The position numbers were made by a program, and so were the translations under genes. A DNA stretch of 41,787 nucleotides from Kiritimatiellia bacterium (GTDB lineage Bacteria; Verrucomicrobiota; Kiritimatiellia; UBA8416; JAIOPI01): assembly GCA_047615735.1 (NCBI GenBank), contig JBLHHU010000003.1, positions 1 to 41,787 on the forward strand, written 5' to 3'. Positions within the stretch are counted from its first letter, which is position 1. The number at the start of each line of letters is the position of its first letter. Below the pieces are notes generated by a model, which saw only the letters and a program-made list of their open reading frames with translations, ran no database searches and was not told where the DNA came from. This document shows, one piece after another, positions 28,720-38,572 of this stretch.

Positions 28720-29703
28720 ATGCGAATCATGAGATCAAGGTGGCTTCAAAACTTGACCTGCTGCGGAGCATGTTTACTTCTGGTGTGCGGCTGCGCCAGC
28801 TCCGGCAAAAAAACGCGATCGCAACATAACACGGACACGGTGATCAGTGCGTCGTCCAAGCGCGCCGGCGACGCCTTCACGCAGGGTCTGTTTGATGTTG
28901 CTGCGGCGTCTTATCAGGAAGCGCTGAATCGCGCACGTATGCTGGACAAACCTGAAGCCGCCGCAAGCTCGGCTTACAACCTTGCCGCGTGTTATGCCGC
29001 CATGCATGAATTTAAATCCGCCCGCAATTACCTGGTTGAAGCCCGTGCGGAATTCTTGCGGGTCGATGACCCTTCCGGGGCGGGTGAAACCTGGCTTTTG
29101 GACGCCAAAATGGCGCAGGCGGAAAAACAGCTCGACGTCGCGGAAACACGTTGCCTAAAAGCGATCGAATTGCTTGAAGAAAGCAAACGCCGTTCGACTA
29201 TGTTGGCCCATGCCTATGTCTTGATGGCCTACCTGAACTGCGAAAAGAACGAACTTCGTGATGCCGAGGAGGCCCTTCTGATGGCGCGCCGAGCGGATAA
29301 AGGTGTCCGCGACCCGCAGTTGTTGCCAGATCTACTCGCCACAGAGGCTTATTTAAATGTGTCGCAACATGCGCAGATGCGAGCCGCACTAAAATACGAT
29401 GCCGCCGCCGCCGCCTATCGCGAGCTCAATCGCGGACGCGAGGTGGCCGAGATGCTGTCACGCGCCGGAAACATGTATCGCGCTGACGAAGAACACGCAT
29501 TGGCTGGCGAGCGTTTCTATCGTGCGGCACGCAGTTATCTTGGCCAGGGAAATGTCGATCTGACGCTCAAGCTGCTTAAGCTCGCTTTCGAATCAGCAGA
29601 CTATGCCGAAGACGTGGCGTTGACCCAAAAATGCACAGCTTTCTACAGTTCTCTCAAAGAGCAGGTTGGTCCGAAACTGAACAGTGACGAGATGGAAAAA
29701 TAG
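28720..29703 (+). CDS. TPR-like alpha-helical lipoprotein
   Basis: Lipobox VCGC and repeated Ala-rich helices (AAASYQEAL, AYNLAACY, AGERFYRAARSY). Confidence 0.75.
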   Translation: MRIMRSRWLQNLTCCGACLLLVCGCASSGKKTRSQHNTDTVISASSKRAGDAFTQGLFDVAAASYQEALNRARMLDKPEAAASSAYNLAACYAAMHEFKSARNYLVEARAEFLRVDDPSGAGETWLLDAKMAQAEKQLDVAETRCLKAIELLEESKRRSTMLAHAYVLMAYLNCEKNELRDAEEALLMARRADKGVRDPQLLPDLLATEAYLNVSQHAQMRAALKYDAAAAAYRELNRGREVAEMLSRAGNMYRADEEHALAGERFYRAARSYLGQGNVDLTLKLLKLAFESADYAEDVALTQKCTAFYSSLKEQVGPKLNSDEMEK

Positions 29704-29712
29704 GAGAACAGA

Positions 29713-30186
29713 ATGATTCGCGTACATCTGGTTGTCATGGTCACGTGCCTTGCAGTCCAAGCCGCTATCGCGGCAGACATGAGTGTGCAGGTAAAAACGA
29801 CCCCGCTCCGCTCGGGGCCTTCGTTTCTCGGCAGTGTCGTTGATTCCTTGTCGTATGGCGACGTTGTTGCTGTGCTAGGTGAGCGCGCGGGCTGGATTCA
29901 AGTGGCGGCAGCCTCGGGTAATCGCGGATGGTTGCACCAATCGGCCTTAAGCAAAAAGCGAATCGTACTGAAGGGCGGCGGTAACCAGGTGGAGGCGGGG
30001 GCCTCGTCCGATGAAGTTGCGCTGGCAGGAAAAGGGTTTAACCAGCAGGTGGAACAGGCCTATAAAAAAGATAGCAAGAACACGGATTTCAAACCCGTTG
30101 ATCAAATGGAGTCGCGCGAGGTCACACGTCAGGAAATGATTAATTTCATTAAGCAAGGCGGGCTTGGCGGCGGAGGTGCGCAATGA
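29713..30186 (+). CDS. Secreted SH3b-domain protein
   Basis: Signal peptide, LRSGPS…LSYGDVVAVLGERAGWIQV…GWLH SH3b pattern and a ~70-aa tail (SDEVALAGKGFN…). SD GGAG. Confidence 0.85.
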   Translation: MIRVHLVVMVTCLAVQAAIAADMSVQVKTTPLRSGPSFLGSVVDSLSYGDVVAVLGERAGWIQVAAASGNRGWLHQSALSKKRIVLKGGGNQVEAGASSDEVALAGKGFNQQVEQAYKKDSKNTDFKPVDQMESREVTRQEMINFIKQGGLGGGGAQ

Positions 30187-31094
30187 TGCGAAACACGATC
30201 ATTAACGGCCTGCTTGTTGTCTTTATCATTGGGCTGAGTGGCTGCCAGACATTGACCGACGTTGGCGCAGAGATTGGTGAAGCTTCTGGGACGTTGACGC
30301 CGGAAGAGGCTGCTGCCATACGCCGAACGGGGCGCTCGGTTGCTAAATCGTTTGCGGACATCACGCCGGAGCAGGAGTATTACATTGGCCGCTCTGTCGC
30401 GGCGACGATTTTTGCCCGCTATGCGCCGTTGAATGATGAGGGGGCGAATCATTATCTCAATGTTCTTGGCTCCGTCTTGTCGCAGCTGTCGCACGTGCCG
30501 GAAACATTCGCCGGGTACCATTTTCAGATTCTCGATTCGGATGAAGTGAACGCTTTTGCTGCGCCGGGTGGTTTGGTTCTTGTGACGCGAGGCATGCTCA
30601 AATGTTGTCGCAGTGAAGACGCGTTGGCGGCTGTGTTGGCCCACGAAATTGGGCACATCGAAGGGCGTCATGGCCTGCGCGCCATAAAGCAGAGCCGTCT
30701 CACGAGTGCGCTCACGGTTCTGGCTGTTGAAAGCGCAAAACATCTGGGGAGTGAGGATCTCGCCGCTTTGACGCAGGAGTTCGAAGGGTCTGTCTCCGAT
30801 GTCACTTCGACCTTGATGACCAGTGGCTATTCGCGCGGGCTCGAAAAACAGGCCGATGCGGCGGCGGTGCGGATTCTCATGCGTGCCGGATACGATCCTA
30901 ACGCGCTCATCGATATGTTGCAGGAAATGAATAAACGCGTACACGCCGGAAGTGGCGGATTTGGTAAAACGCATCCACCGCCGGGGGATCGTATTGCGGA
31001 CGTACGCCAGAAAATCGGTCGCGCGCAAGTTCAAGCGACGATGGTCCCCGCAAGGCAAGCGCGTTTCGCGCAGAACATAGGTCGTCTGCAGTAG
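30183..31094 (+). CDS. M48-family zinc metallopeptidase lipoprotein
   Basis: Lipobox LSGC, NAFAAPGG, AAVLAHEIGH, YSRGLEKQAD and THP. Confidence 0.92.
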   Translation: MMRNTIINGLLVVFIIGLSGCQTLTDVGAEIGEASGTLTPEEAAAIRRTGRSVAKSFADITPEQEYYIGRSVAATIFARYAPLNDEGANHYLNVLGSVLSQLSHVPETFAGYHFQILDSDEVNAFAAPGGLVLVTRGMLKCCRSEDALAAVLAHEIGHIEGRHGLRAIKQSRLTSALTVLAVESAKHLGSEDLAALTQEFEGSVSDVTSTLMTSGYSRGLEKQADAAAVRILMRAGYDPNALIDMLQEMNKRVHAGSGGFGKTHPPPGDRIADVRQKIGRAQVQATMVPARQARFAQNIGRLQ

Positions 31095-31119
31095 ATCTGC
31101 CGGGACGTCGGGTGCCCTC

Positions 31120-33264
31120 ATGCCAAGGAAAACGCTAACCGCTTTTGCGATCGCACTCTTGGCTTCGGCGCTTGCCGTCGGCCTGCGCGATAGTGGGCCG
31201 ATGAAGCGCCTTGAATATCCAAGCTGGGATATGCGCGTTCGCACGCTCGCCAAGCCCACCCCTGCAAGCGCGAAAATTAAAACCATTCTGTTGGATCAAG
31301 ACAGTCTTGATTGGGGAAAATCATCCTTCGGCTGGTCCTGGCCTTGGCCGCGTGAAGTCTATGCGCCCATCATTGCGTTTGCGCGTCGCGGTGGCGCGAA
31401 AGTGATTGCCTTTGATGTGCTCTTTCTGGAGCCCTCGGCCTATGGCGTGCACGATGATGCCGCTCTCGGGGCGGCCTTCGGGAGCGGCGATGATGTCATC
31501 GGCGCTGTTTTCCTAGGAGATGCAACGGGTGATCTGGTTGAATGGCCGGGCCACTTTCCCAATGTAAATCACTTTCTGGGCCTGACTGAGGGCGGCAGCG
31601 ACAAATCATCACGTGTGCCCGCGGTGCTGCAACACGCACGCATGGCGGCGCCGATCGTCGAGGTGGCAACAAATGCGGTGTTGCTCGCCAATGTGCATGA
31701 CACACCGGATGCGGATGGAATCTTTCGCCGCGCCAGCTTGATACGTTATTTGGGCGATCAAGCGGTCCCATCGCTGGGGGCTGGCATGTATGTGCTCGGC
31801 GAACGTACAAATGCGACCAAGCAAGCCCTGCTGCGTTTTGATGAAGCGGGTCAAATGGTTGGATTCGCCAGTGCGCCTGGGGACGAAGCGCAGCGCTCGA
31901 TTTTGCGTTATCGTGGGCCCTCACAAACGCACGCAGCGTACAAAGCCGCGGCGGTCATTCAATCCGAGATGGCTTTTTTAGAGGGCCGTGACGACGCGCC
32001 GATCGACCCTGAGGTGTTTAAGGACAGCTATGTACTCGTCGGCTTTACTGCGCCGGGTTTGATGGATTTGCGACCCTCGCCGATTAGCCGAGTTTATCCC
32101 GGCGTTGAAGTGCATGCGACGGCGCTCGACAACTTGCTGTCGGATGACTTTTTGACGGATGCCGGGACGGTTCATTTTGGACTGATGTGTCTGCTGAGCA
32201 GCTTCTTGATCGGACTGCTGATGCTTCACTGTCGACGAGCGTTGCAGTCCGTGGTGCTCTTTGTGTGCGCGCTCCCGTTGCCGGTGATCATTGGGCTGCT
32301 GGTCTATGTCAGCCCGGGCTTGTGGTGGCCAGTCGTTCCGCACACCTTGGCCGTGATCATTACGCTCGTCGGCGCTATTGTTGTGAATTACGCAACCGAG
32401 GGGCGGCAAAAGGCCTTTATTAAACAGGCCTTCAAGCATTACTTAAGTCCCGATGTGATCGAGCGAATCATTGACGACCCCGGCTTGCTCGAGTTGGGCG
32501 GCGAGCGCCGTGAACTGACACTCTTTTTTTCCGACTTACAGGGCTTTTCGGCATTTTCCGAAAAGCTGAATCCCATTCAATTGACAGCCTTGCTGAATGC
32601 CTACCTCAGCGAAATGACGGATATCATTCATGAAGAAGGCGGAACGCTCGATAAGTATGTTGGCGATGCGATTATTGCGTTTTGGAACGCGCCGCTCGAT
32701 CAGCAGGATCACGCACGGCGAGCCTGTCGTGCGGCGGTTCGCTGCCAGGAACGATTGACGGAATTGCGCGCTGACTATCAACAGCAATTCGGTGCTGAAT
32801 TGCATATGCGCATCGGCATCAACACCGGTCCAGTGGTGGTTGGGAACATGGGTTCGCGCGAACGCTTTGATTACACGGTGTTGGGAGACGCAGCCAATCT
32901 GGCGTCGCGACTGGAAGGCGCTAACAAGTTATTTAAAACCTGGATCATGGTTTCTGAAGCGACCTGGCAGAAGGCGGGCGCTGATCTGGGCGGGCGCTAT
33001 CTGGGTGCGTTGCGCGTCGTGGGGCGATCCGCGCCGGTACGCGTTTATGAACTGATGTCGATGCAATCCGGGAGCGACGCGCCTGAAAACAACGATTTCG
33101 ATCGTGCGTTAGATGCGCTGGGTGCCGGTGATCTGGCGCAGGCCGCGCAGACCTTCGCGACGTGCGACGGTGACCCCGCCGCGTTGCGCTATGCTGCGTG
33201 TTGCAACGACTGGATCACGCGCGGCGAGGCTTGGGATGGCGTTTGGGACATGACGGAGAAATAG
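31120..33264 (+). CDS. CHASE2-domain class III adenylate cyclase
   Basis: CHASE2 motifs WPWPRE, IAFDVLF, DADGIFR and PGVEVHA; three TMs; catalytic FSDLQGF, DKYVGDA, GINTG…VGNMGS…FDYTVLGDAANLASRLE. The Lys/Asp pair indicates ATP specificity. Confidence 0.94.
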   Translation: MPRKTLTAFAIALLASALAVGLRDSGPMKRLEYPSWDMRVRTLAKPTPASAKIKTILLDQDSLDWGKSSFGWSWPWPREVYAPIIAFARRGGAKVIAFDVLFLEPSAYGVHDDAALGAAFGSGDDVIGAVFLGDATGDLVEWPGHFPNVNHFLGLTEGGSDKSSRVPAVLQHARMAAPIVEVATNAVLLANVHDTPDADGIFRRASLIRYLGDQAVPSLGAGMYVLGERTNATKQALLRFDEAGQMVGFASAPGDEAQRSILRYRGPSQTHAAYKAAAVIQSEMAFLEGRDDAPIDPEVFKDSYVLVGFTAPGLMDLRPSPISRVYPGVEVHATALDNLLSDDFLTDAGTVHFGLMCLLSSFLIGLLMLHCRRALQSVVLFVCALPLPVIIGLLVYVSPGLWWPVVPHTLAVIITLVGAIVVNYATEGRQKAFIKQAFKHYLSPDVIERIIDDPGLLELGGERRELTLFFSDLQGFSAFSEKLNPIQLTALLNAYLSEMTDIIHEEGGTLDKYVGDAIIAFWNAPLDQQDHARRACRAAVRCQERLTELRADYQQQFGAELHMRIGINTGPVVVGNMGSRERFDYTVLGDAANLASRLEGANKLFKTWIMVSEATWQKAGADLGGRYLGALRVVGRSAPVRVYELMSMQSGSDAPENNDFDRALDALGAGDLAQAAQTFATCDGDPAALRYAACCNDWITRGEAWDGVWDMTEK

Positions 33265-33268
33265 AGCC

Positions 33269-34105
33269 ATGAAAATCAATGTGGGTGGTGTGCGCGGAGG
33301 CCGTACCGTGAGCGGGGCCGCGTTTTCAGAGTTCGGAGGCGATACAACGTGTTTTTTCGTCGAAGGAGAGGCCGGGGAGCGGATTGCCGTCGACGGCGGA
33401 AGCGGACTCATGCAATTCAGTGATTCGCTACTGAAACCGGGGCCACTCCTGTTTCTGTTTTCGCACTACCATCTTGACCATCTGTCCGGATTCGTTCCCT
33501 TTGCCGCGCGTCTTGATGGGCGTGTTGATTACAACGTGTGGGGACCGCAGCGCGATGACGTCGGCCCGGTTCAGGCCTTGTCCGTTTTGCTTGGCGAGCC
33601 TTATTGGCCCGTCGGCCTTTCAACATCACAACTGATGCCAATATCTCGCGCGCTTGATCCGTACCATGGGATGAAGGGTGCGACCATTGGGAACCTGCAG
33701 GTGCGTTGGTGTGATACGGCGCATCCCGGTGGTTCGCTGGCTCTGCGTATTGACGAATGTTCGACAGAGAAAAGCGTGGTTATTGCAACTGACATGGAGT
33801 GGGGCCTTTGCACAGACGAGCAGAAGCAAGGCCTCCGTTCGCTTTGTACTGAGGCGTCGCCCGCAAATGTTCTGATCATGGATGCGCAATATGAGGACGA
33901 TGAATATGAGGCGCATCGTGGATGGGGGCATAGTACCTGGCAAGAGGCTGTCGCGCTCGCGCAGGCATGTGGCGTGAAGGATCTGCGCATCACGCATCAC
34001 GGACCCGACAACGACGACAGTAATTTGCGTGCGCGCGAAGCGGCGATGCAAGCCGTCATGCCGACCGCGACATTTTTGCGCGCGAACGATCGAATTGCGC
34101 TGTAG
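33269..34105 (+). CDS. MBL-fold metallo-hydrolase (putative phosphodiesterase)
   Basis: GVRG…FGGDTTC, HYHLDH (HxHxDH), HPG, DAQY, GWGHS and THH. Confidence 0.88.
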   Translation: MKINVGGVRGGRTVSGAAFSEFGGDTTCFFVEGEAGERIAVDGGSGLMQFSDSLLKPGPLLFLFSHYHLDHLSGFVPFAARLDGRVDYNVWGPQRDDVGPVQALSVLLGEPYWPVGLSTSQLMPISRALDPYHGMKGATIGNLQVRWCDTAHPGGSLALRIDECSTEKSVVIATDMEWGLCTDEQKQGLRSLCTEASPANVLIMDAQYEDDEYEAHRGWGHSTWQEAVALAQACGVKDLRITHHGPDNDDSNLRAREAAMQAVMPTATFLRANDRIAL

Positions 34106-34136
34106 ACGCGACGGATATAATAGGGGAGATGGTTGA

Positions 34137-35150
34137 ATGAGTGAAATAAGTATTCCGGCACAGCAATCCACACTGCAGCCGCTTGGCGATGATGAAATCA
34201 GCGCCATTTCTGCTGACCTTGAGGCGCTGAAACGTACCATTGGCACGCGCGTTGTTGGCAAAGACGTGGCCATTGACCATGTGCTGACTGCGCTGATCGG
34301 GGGCGGGCATATTTTGATCGAAGATGTGCCCGGTGTGGGCAAAACAACGCTGGCGGTCAGCCTGGCGCTGGCCATGGGCGGATCGCACAATCGTATTCAA
34401 TTCACGAGCGACCTGTTGCCGTCGGATGTTCTGGGTGTGCCGGTGTTTGATCAAGAGCGCCGTAGCTTCGATTTTAAGCGCGGTCCTATCTTTGCCAATG
34501 TCGTGCTCGCGGACGAAATCAACCGTTCTACGCCAAAGACGCAGTCCGCCATGTTGGAGGCCATGCAAGACGGCAAGGTGTCCGTGGACTTGGATGTCCA
34601 TGAATTGCCCCATCCATTCATGGTCGTTGCGACGCAAAATCCGGTGGAACATCATGGCACCTATCCGTTGCCGGAATCACAACTGGACCGTTTTATGATG
34701 CGCATTCATGTCGGTTATCCCGATCCGGCATTCGAAGCGCGCGTGTTGCGTGAACCTGAATTACATCGCACGCGGGTCGCGCTCGATCCAGTAACATCGC
34801 CGGAACGGATTGCTGAGATTCAAGACAGTGTGTCGCGTGTGACGGTGACGGATGAATTGATCGGCTACATGCTCGCCATCGTGGGGGCGACACGCGATCA
34901 CGACGACATCGAGTTGGGTGTGAGTACGCGCGGCAGTTTGATGTTGTTGCGTGCGGCGCAGGCGTTGGCCTTGCTGGGTGGCCGTGGTTTCGTTTCCCCT
35001 GATGATGTTAAATCTGTTGTTCGTCCGGTGCTGGGGCACCGTATCGTTGTGCGTTCCGGCGCGCAGGGGTTCATGATGCACAGTGATTACGAAAATGAGT
35101 CTTCGCGTGTGCTCGATCGCATCCTGAGTGAAATCGAGGCGCCCCTGTGA
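34137..35150 (+). CDS. MoxR-family AAA+ ATPase
   Basis: EDVPGVGKT, RIQFTSDLLPSD, LADEINR and ATQNP…GTYPLPESQLDRF. Confidence 0.95.
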   Translation: MSEISIPAQQSTLQPLGDDEISAISADLEALKRTIGTRVVGKDVAIDHVLTALIGGGHILIEDVPGVGKTTLAVSLALAMGGSHNRIQFTSDLLPSDVLGVPVFDQERRSFDFKRGPIFANVVLADEINRSTPKTQSAMLEAMQDGKVSVDLDVHELPHPFMVVATQNPVEHHGTYPLPESQLDRFMMRIHVGYPDPAFEARVLREPELHRTRVALDPVTSPERIAEIQDSVSRVTVTDELIGYMLAIVGATRDHDDIELGVSTRGSLMLLRAAQALALLGGRGFVSPDDVKSVVRPVLGHRIVVRSGAQGFMMHSDYENESSRVLDRILSEIEAPL

Positions 35151-36238
35151 CCCATACGCCGGTCATTCATGTCAGCGGAAAGCACATCCGCTCGGTGCGA
35201 ATCACTCGGCCTGGATGGGCTTTTCTCGTTCTGACGGTCGGGCTTGGGCTGGGTGGGTTGAACACGGGCAACAATCTGTTGTATCTCGTTTTCGGCATGC
35301 TTCTCAGTATGCTCCTGATGAATGCGATACTGTCGCGCAGTTCGCTGCATGGGCTCTCGCTGAAACTGCGAATGCCGCCGCGTTTGTTTGCCGGCGCGGC
35401 CTGCCCGTTTCGCATCGAGATCAGTAATACGAAAAAACGGCTCCCGAGTTATGCGTTGACGATGCTGCCGGATGCAACGCATGCCCAGGCAACCAGTGCC
35501 AGCAGTTTCCTGTTCAAAATTCCAGCAGGAGATATGCGTGTTGTGGATCACCCCATTACGTTTTCCGAGCGTGGGGTGGTCGCGCTGCCCGGGTTCCGGC
35601 TTCTGACGTCCTATCCTTTCGGGTTGATCGAAAAAGTTATCCCTGTTGCGTTCGAAGGGCGCAGTCTTGTGTATCCGGCGCTGATGACTATCGCCCGCGA
35701 CAGCATGCCCGCGCTCGTTCGGCATGGGGATTTTCTGGCTAGTGAACGTGGCATAGGGGTGAATCCCTACGGTATTCGCGAATACAGTGTAGGCGACGAG
35801 CTTCGCCACATTCATTGGCCATCCGTTGCTAAAGTGGGCGCGTGGCTGGTCCGTGAATATGAACAGGAAAAGCGCGCGCGCATTCTTTTGAATCTATTGG
35901 TGCGTGATCAACCCCCGACGGATGACGCTGGACGCGAGCGTCGCGAAACAAGTGTGTCGGCGCTGGCAACGCTCTTGATGCAGTTCATCGAGGAGAAGCG
36001 CGAAGTGGGGCTTTTAATCAACGGTCGCTGCGTTGATTCGGGGAGTAGCGGCTACATGGACGCCTACCTGACGGCACTGGCGCTGTTCGACGCCGAAGCG
36101 AAGGCTGGCGTGGTTCCGAATTACCGCTCCGTGTCACCGGACGAAGGCGCTGTCTTTGCCATCAGTGAAATGCCTGCCTCGGAGCTCCGTGGGGCTCGCT
36201 ATGATCGGCTCATTTTTGAAAATGGGGCGCCCGCATGA
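35147..36238 (+). CDS. DUF58 domain membrane protein
   Basis: NTGNNLLY TM pair, YPFGL and IREYSVGDELRHIHW…VREYE. GTGA overlap with the MoxR gene. Confidence 0.9.
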   Translation: MTHTPVIHVSGKHIRSVRITRPGWAFLVLTVGLGLGGLNTGNNLLYLVFGMLLSMLLMNAILSRSSLHGLSLKLRMPPRLFAGAACPFRIEISNTKKRLPSYALTMLPDATHAQATSASSFLFKIPAGDMRVVDHPITFSERGVVALPGFRLLTSYPFGLIEKVIPVAFEGRSLVYPALMTIARDSMPALVRHGDFLASERGIGVNPYGIREYSVGDELRHIHWPSVAKVGAWLVREYEQEKRARILLNLLVRDQPPTDDAGRERRETSVSALATLLMQFIEEKREVGLLINGRCVDSGSSGYMDAYLTALALFDAEAKAGVVPNYRSVSPDEGAVFAISEMPASELRGARYDRLIFENGAPA

Positions 36239-38475
36239 AATTCATTACCGCTTTTCGTGCCTCGCACGCATTGTTTATCAACTTAGGTTTTTTCGCCCTT
36301 TGGGTTGCCGACATCTTACCATTCCTCGTTATCGTTCTAACTGCGCTTGGGTACTTTGTGAGCGAACGGATTGGGGTTCGTCGTTTAGTCGATGCCGCGC
36401 CCGTTTGGTTTTTGAACCTCGTCACGCTGGCGGTCTTCGCGTACATGGTCGCCATTCATTTTCTCGCCAAAAACGATCTGGTCGTGGCGTTGGTCTATTT
36501 CACGGTTTACTTGCAGTTCGTGAAGTTGTTCGGTGCACGCAAGAATCGTGACTATTTTCAAATCTACATTTTGGCCATTTCGCATCTTGTGCTTTCAACC
36601 TTGTTAACGTCGGACTTGTGGTTCGCCGTTCCTTTTCTGTTGTTCATCGTGAGCGCGCCATGGTGTTTGACGCTCTATAATCTGAAGGCGCAAGCCGAAG
36701 AAGCGTTTAAGGGAGACGCAGAAGTTGAAGGCCAGGAGGCGGGCGCGTCTGGTAAACGTCTGTCTGAACTCTTCGAGTCCCGACGCGCCATTTCTGGCGG
36801 ATTTTTCTGGAGCACCACAGTATTGAGTCTATTGCTGCTCGTGAATACCGCCGCAATTTTTGCGTTTTTTCCGCGCGTCAGTACGGGGTTTCTTTTTCGC
36901 AACACGCGCTATGGGCACAGTGTGTCTGGATTCTCTGACAAGGTGGACTTGCGCAGCTTCGGTTTCATCAAAGGAAATACCAAGGTGGTGATGCGCGTCA
37001 TTCCCAAATCACGCTCAGAGCTCAATGCGTCCGGGTTGTATTGGCGCGGGTTATGTTTTGATACCTATGATGGTCTCGAGTGGCACCGTAGCAAGACGAC
37101 AGCGCGTCGACTTCCTCTGACGCGCACCTACGGCGAAATTCCGATTCGACGTCACGATCCGGATGGGTTGGTGGAGCATGAGGTGCGCCTTGAGCGGCTC
37201 GACACGGATGTCTTTTTTGCACTGCATCGTGTCGAACATGTGAAGTGGGATCGCGCCTATGTGGATCGTGCCTTCCAACGCCCACGTGACGATTCGCCCG
37301 CTGGACCCGCGCTGGCGGTTGACGCGTACGGTGGGTTGCATTTCGACGGAGGGCTCGAATACGAGCGGCACTATCGCGCCTTTTCCAATACGCACATACC
37401 GCCGCCGAAAGCCTTGCGTCTGGCGTCGCAAGGCGCGCTTCCTGACGAGCAGGCGCAGTCGGCGTACATGCAGCTGCCCGACATGAGTCAGCGCTTTCAC
37501 GAGTTGGCAAAAAAGATCACGGATGGTCGCAGCAATAATTATGATCGTCTCTATGCGGTGATCGGTTACCTGCAGAAGAACAACCAGTACACACTGGATG
37601 TGCCGCGTCAAAAGGGGAATCCCATCGAAGGATTTCTGTTCGATAAACGTGAAGGCCATTGTGAGTTCTTTGCCACCACAACGGTGCTTCTGTTGCGCGC
37701 GGCGCGGGTGCCGGCGCGATTGGTTTCTGGGTTTCGTGGCGGCGACTGGAATGCGTACGGGCACTTTTTGACCGTGCGACAGCGTGACGCGCATACCTGG
37801 GTGGAAGTCTATTTCGAAGGACACGGGTGGCTACCTTTCGATCCTACGCCGCCGGACGCCTCTGCCGCAGGGTATCGCGATCTAACGTTTAAAGGGTGGA
37901 CGCATTTCGTCGAGTCGCTAGAGCTCACCTGGCACGGCTATGTCGTGAATTATGAGCTGCGTGACCAAGAGAAGATGGTGGGCGGTATGGCGGCATCGAT
38001 GACAGCAGCGTTTAAGCGCCTCGAAGGTTTGGCGCGTGGCATGAGTTTGCGTGATTTGGTGGCGTGGCTGCGTGACGATCGTCCGGGGGACGGTGGTCAA
38101 GCAGGGGGAAGGCCCGTCCTGATTTGGGTGTGTGTAAGCGTTGGTGGACTGATCGCCGTTCTCCGGATGCGTGGGCGTTGGCGGCGGGCGTCGCACCGTG
38201 TCCTTTCGCGGGCATGTACGCGGTTTATAAAAATCGCTGCCGGTCAAGGTTACACGCGCGAAGGTGGTGAAACCATTCAGGAGTTGAGTGTGCGCGTGGC
38301 GGTGGACAACCCGGATCTTCAGGTCCTGTTGGGCCGATTCGTGAATATGTACTATGTGCAGCGTTTCGGGCCCGATCGGACGGCAACGGACGAGGCGGTC
38401 GACCTTGACGAGATTCTCGATGCGCTTCAGGCGGCCTGGAAAGCTTCGAAAGTGAATCCGCAAACACGGCGATGA
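36235..38475 (+). CDS. TgpA-like membrane transglutaminase-family protein (DUF3488 + TGase)
   Basis: Multi-TM N-terminus, FFPR, SGFSDKVDL and YWRG. Catalytic triad GHCEFFA, HTWVEVY, FDPTP. Confidence 0.92.
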   Translation: MKFITAFRASHALFINLGFFALWVADILPFLVIVLTALGYFVSERIGVRRLVDAAPVWFLNLVTLAVFAYMVAIHFLAKNDLVVALVYFTVYLQFVKLFGARKNRDYFQIYILAISHLVLSTLLTSDLWFAVPFLLFIVSAPWCLTLYNLKAQAEEAFKGDAEVEGQEAGASGKRLSELFESRRAISGGFFWSTTVLSLLLLVNTAAIFAFFPRVSTGFLFRNTRYGHSVSGFSDKVDLRSFGFIKGNTKVVMRVIPKSRSELNASGLYWRGLCFDTYDGLEWHRSKTTARRLPLTRTYGEIPIRRHDPDGLVEHEVRLERLDTDVFFALHRVEHVKWDRAYVDRAFQRPRDDSPAGPALAVDAYGGLHFDGGLEYERHYRAFSNTHIPPPKALRLASQGALPDEQAQSAYMQLPDMSQRFHELAKKITDGRSNNYDRLYAVIGYLQKNNQYTLDVPRQKGNPIEGFLFDKREGHCEFFATTTVLLLRAARVPARLVSGFRGGDWNAYGHFLTVRQRDAHTWVEVYFEGHGWLPFDPTPPDASAAGYRDLTFKGWTHFVESLELTWHGYVVNYELRDQEKMVGGMAASMTAAFKRLEGLARGMSLRDLVAWLRDDRPGDGGQAGGRPVLIWVCVSVGGLIAVLRMRGRWRRASHRVLSRACTRFIKIAAGQGYTREGGETIQELSVRVAVDNPDLQVLLGRFVNMYYVQRFGPDRTATDEAVDLDEILDALQAAWKASKVNPQTRR

Positions 38476-38572
38476 CTCTTGCCATCCGGTGTCGGATTCC
38501 GTATTGAATGTTGCTCTGTTGTCGCCACGGATGCATCAAGGGATAACGATTTGATTTTCAAAGGAGATTTAC

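Noticed and set aside
30129-31286. Long antisense ORFs (385 aa here; also 6373-7164, 10959-11846, 37051-37824 and others)
   Set aside because: They are shadow frames of well-supported genes in a GC-rich genome and have no recognisable motifs.
31120-34105. CBASS/Pycsar-type anti-phage system (cyclase plus MBL protein)
   Set aside because: The cyclase is a membrane CHASE2 sensor with ATP-specifying residues. No cyclic-nucleotide-binding TM/TIR effector or defence-island context is present.
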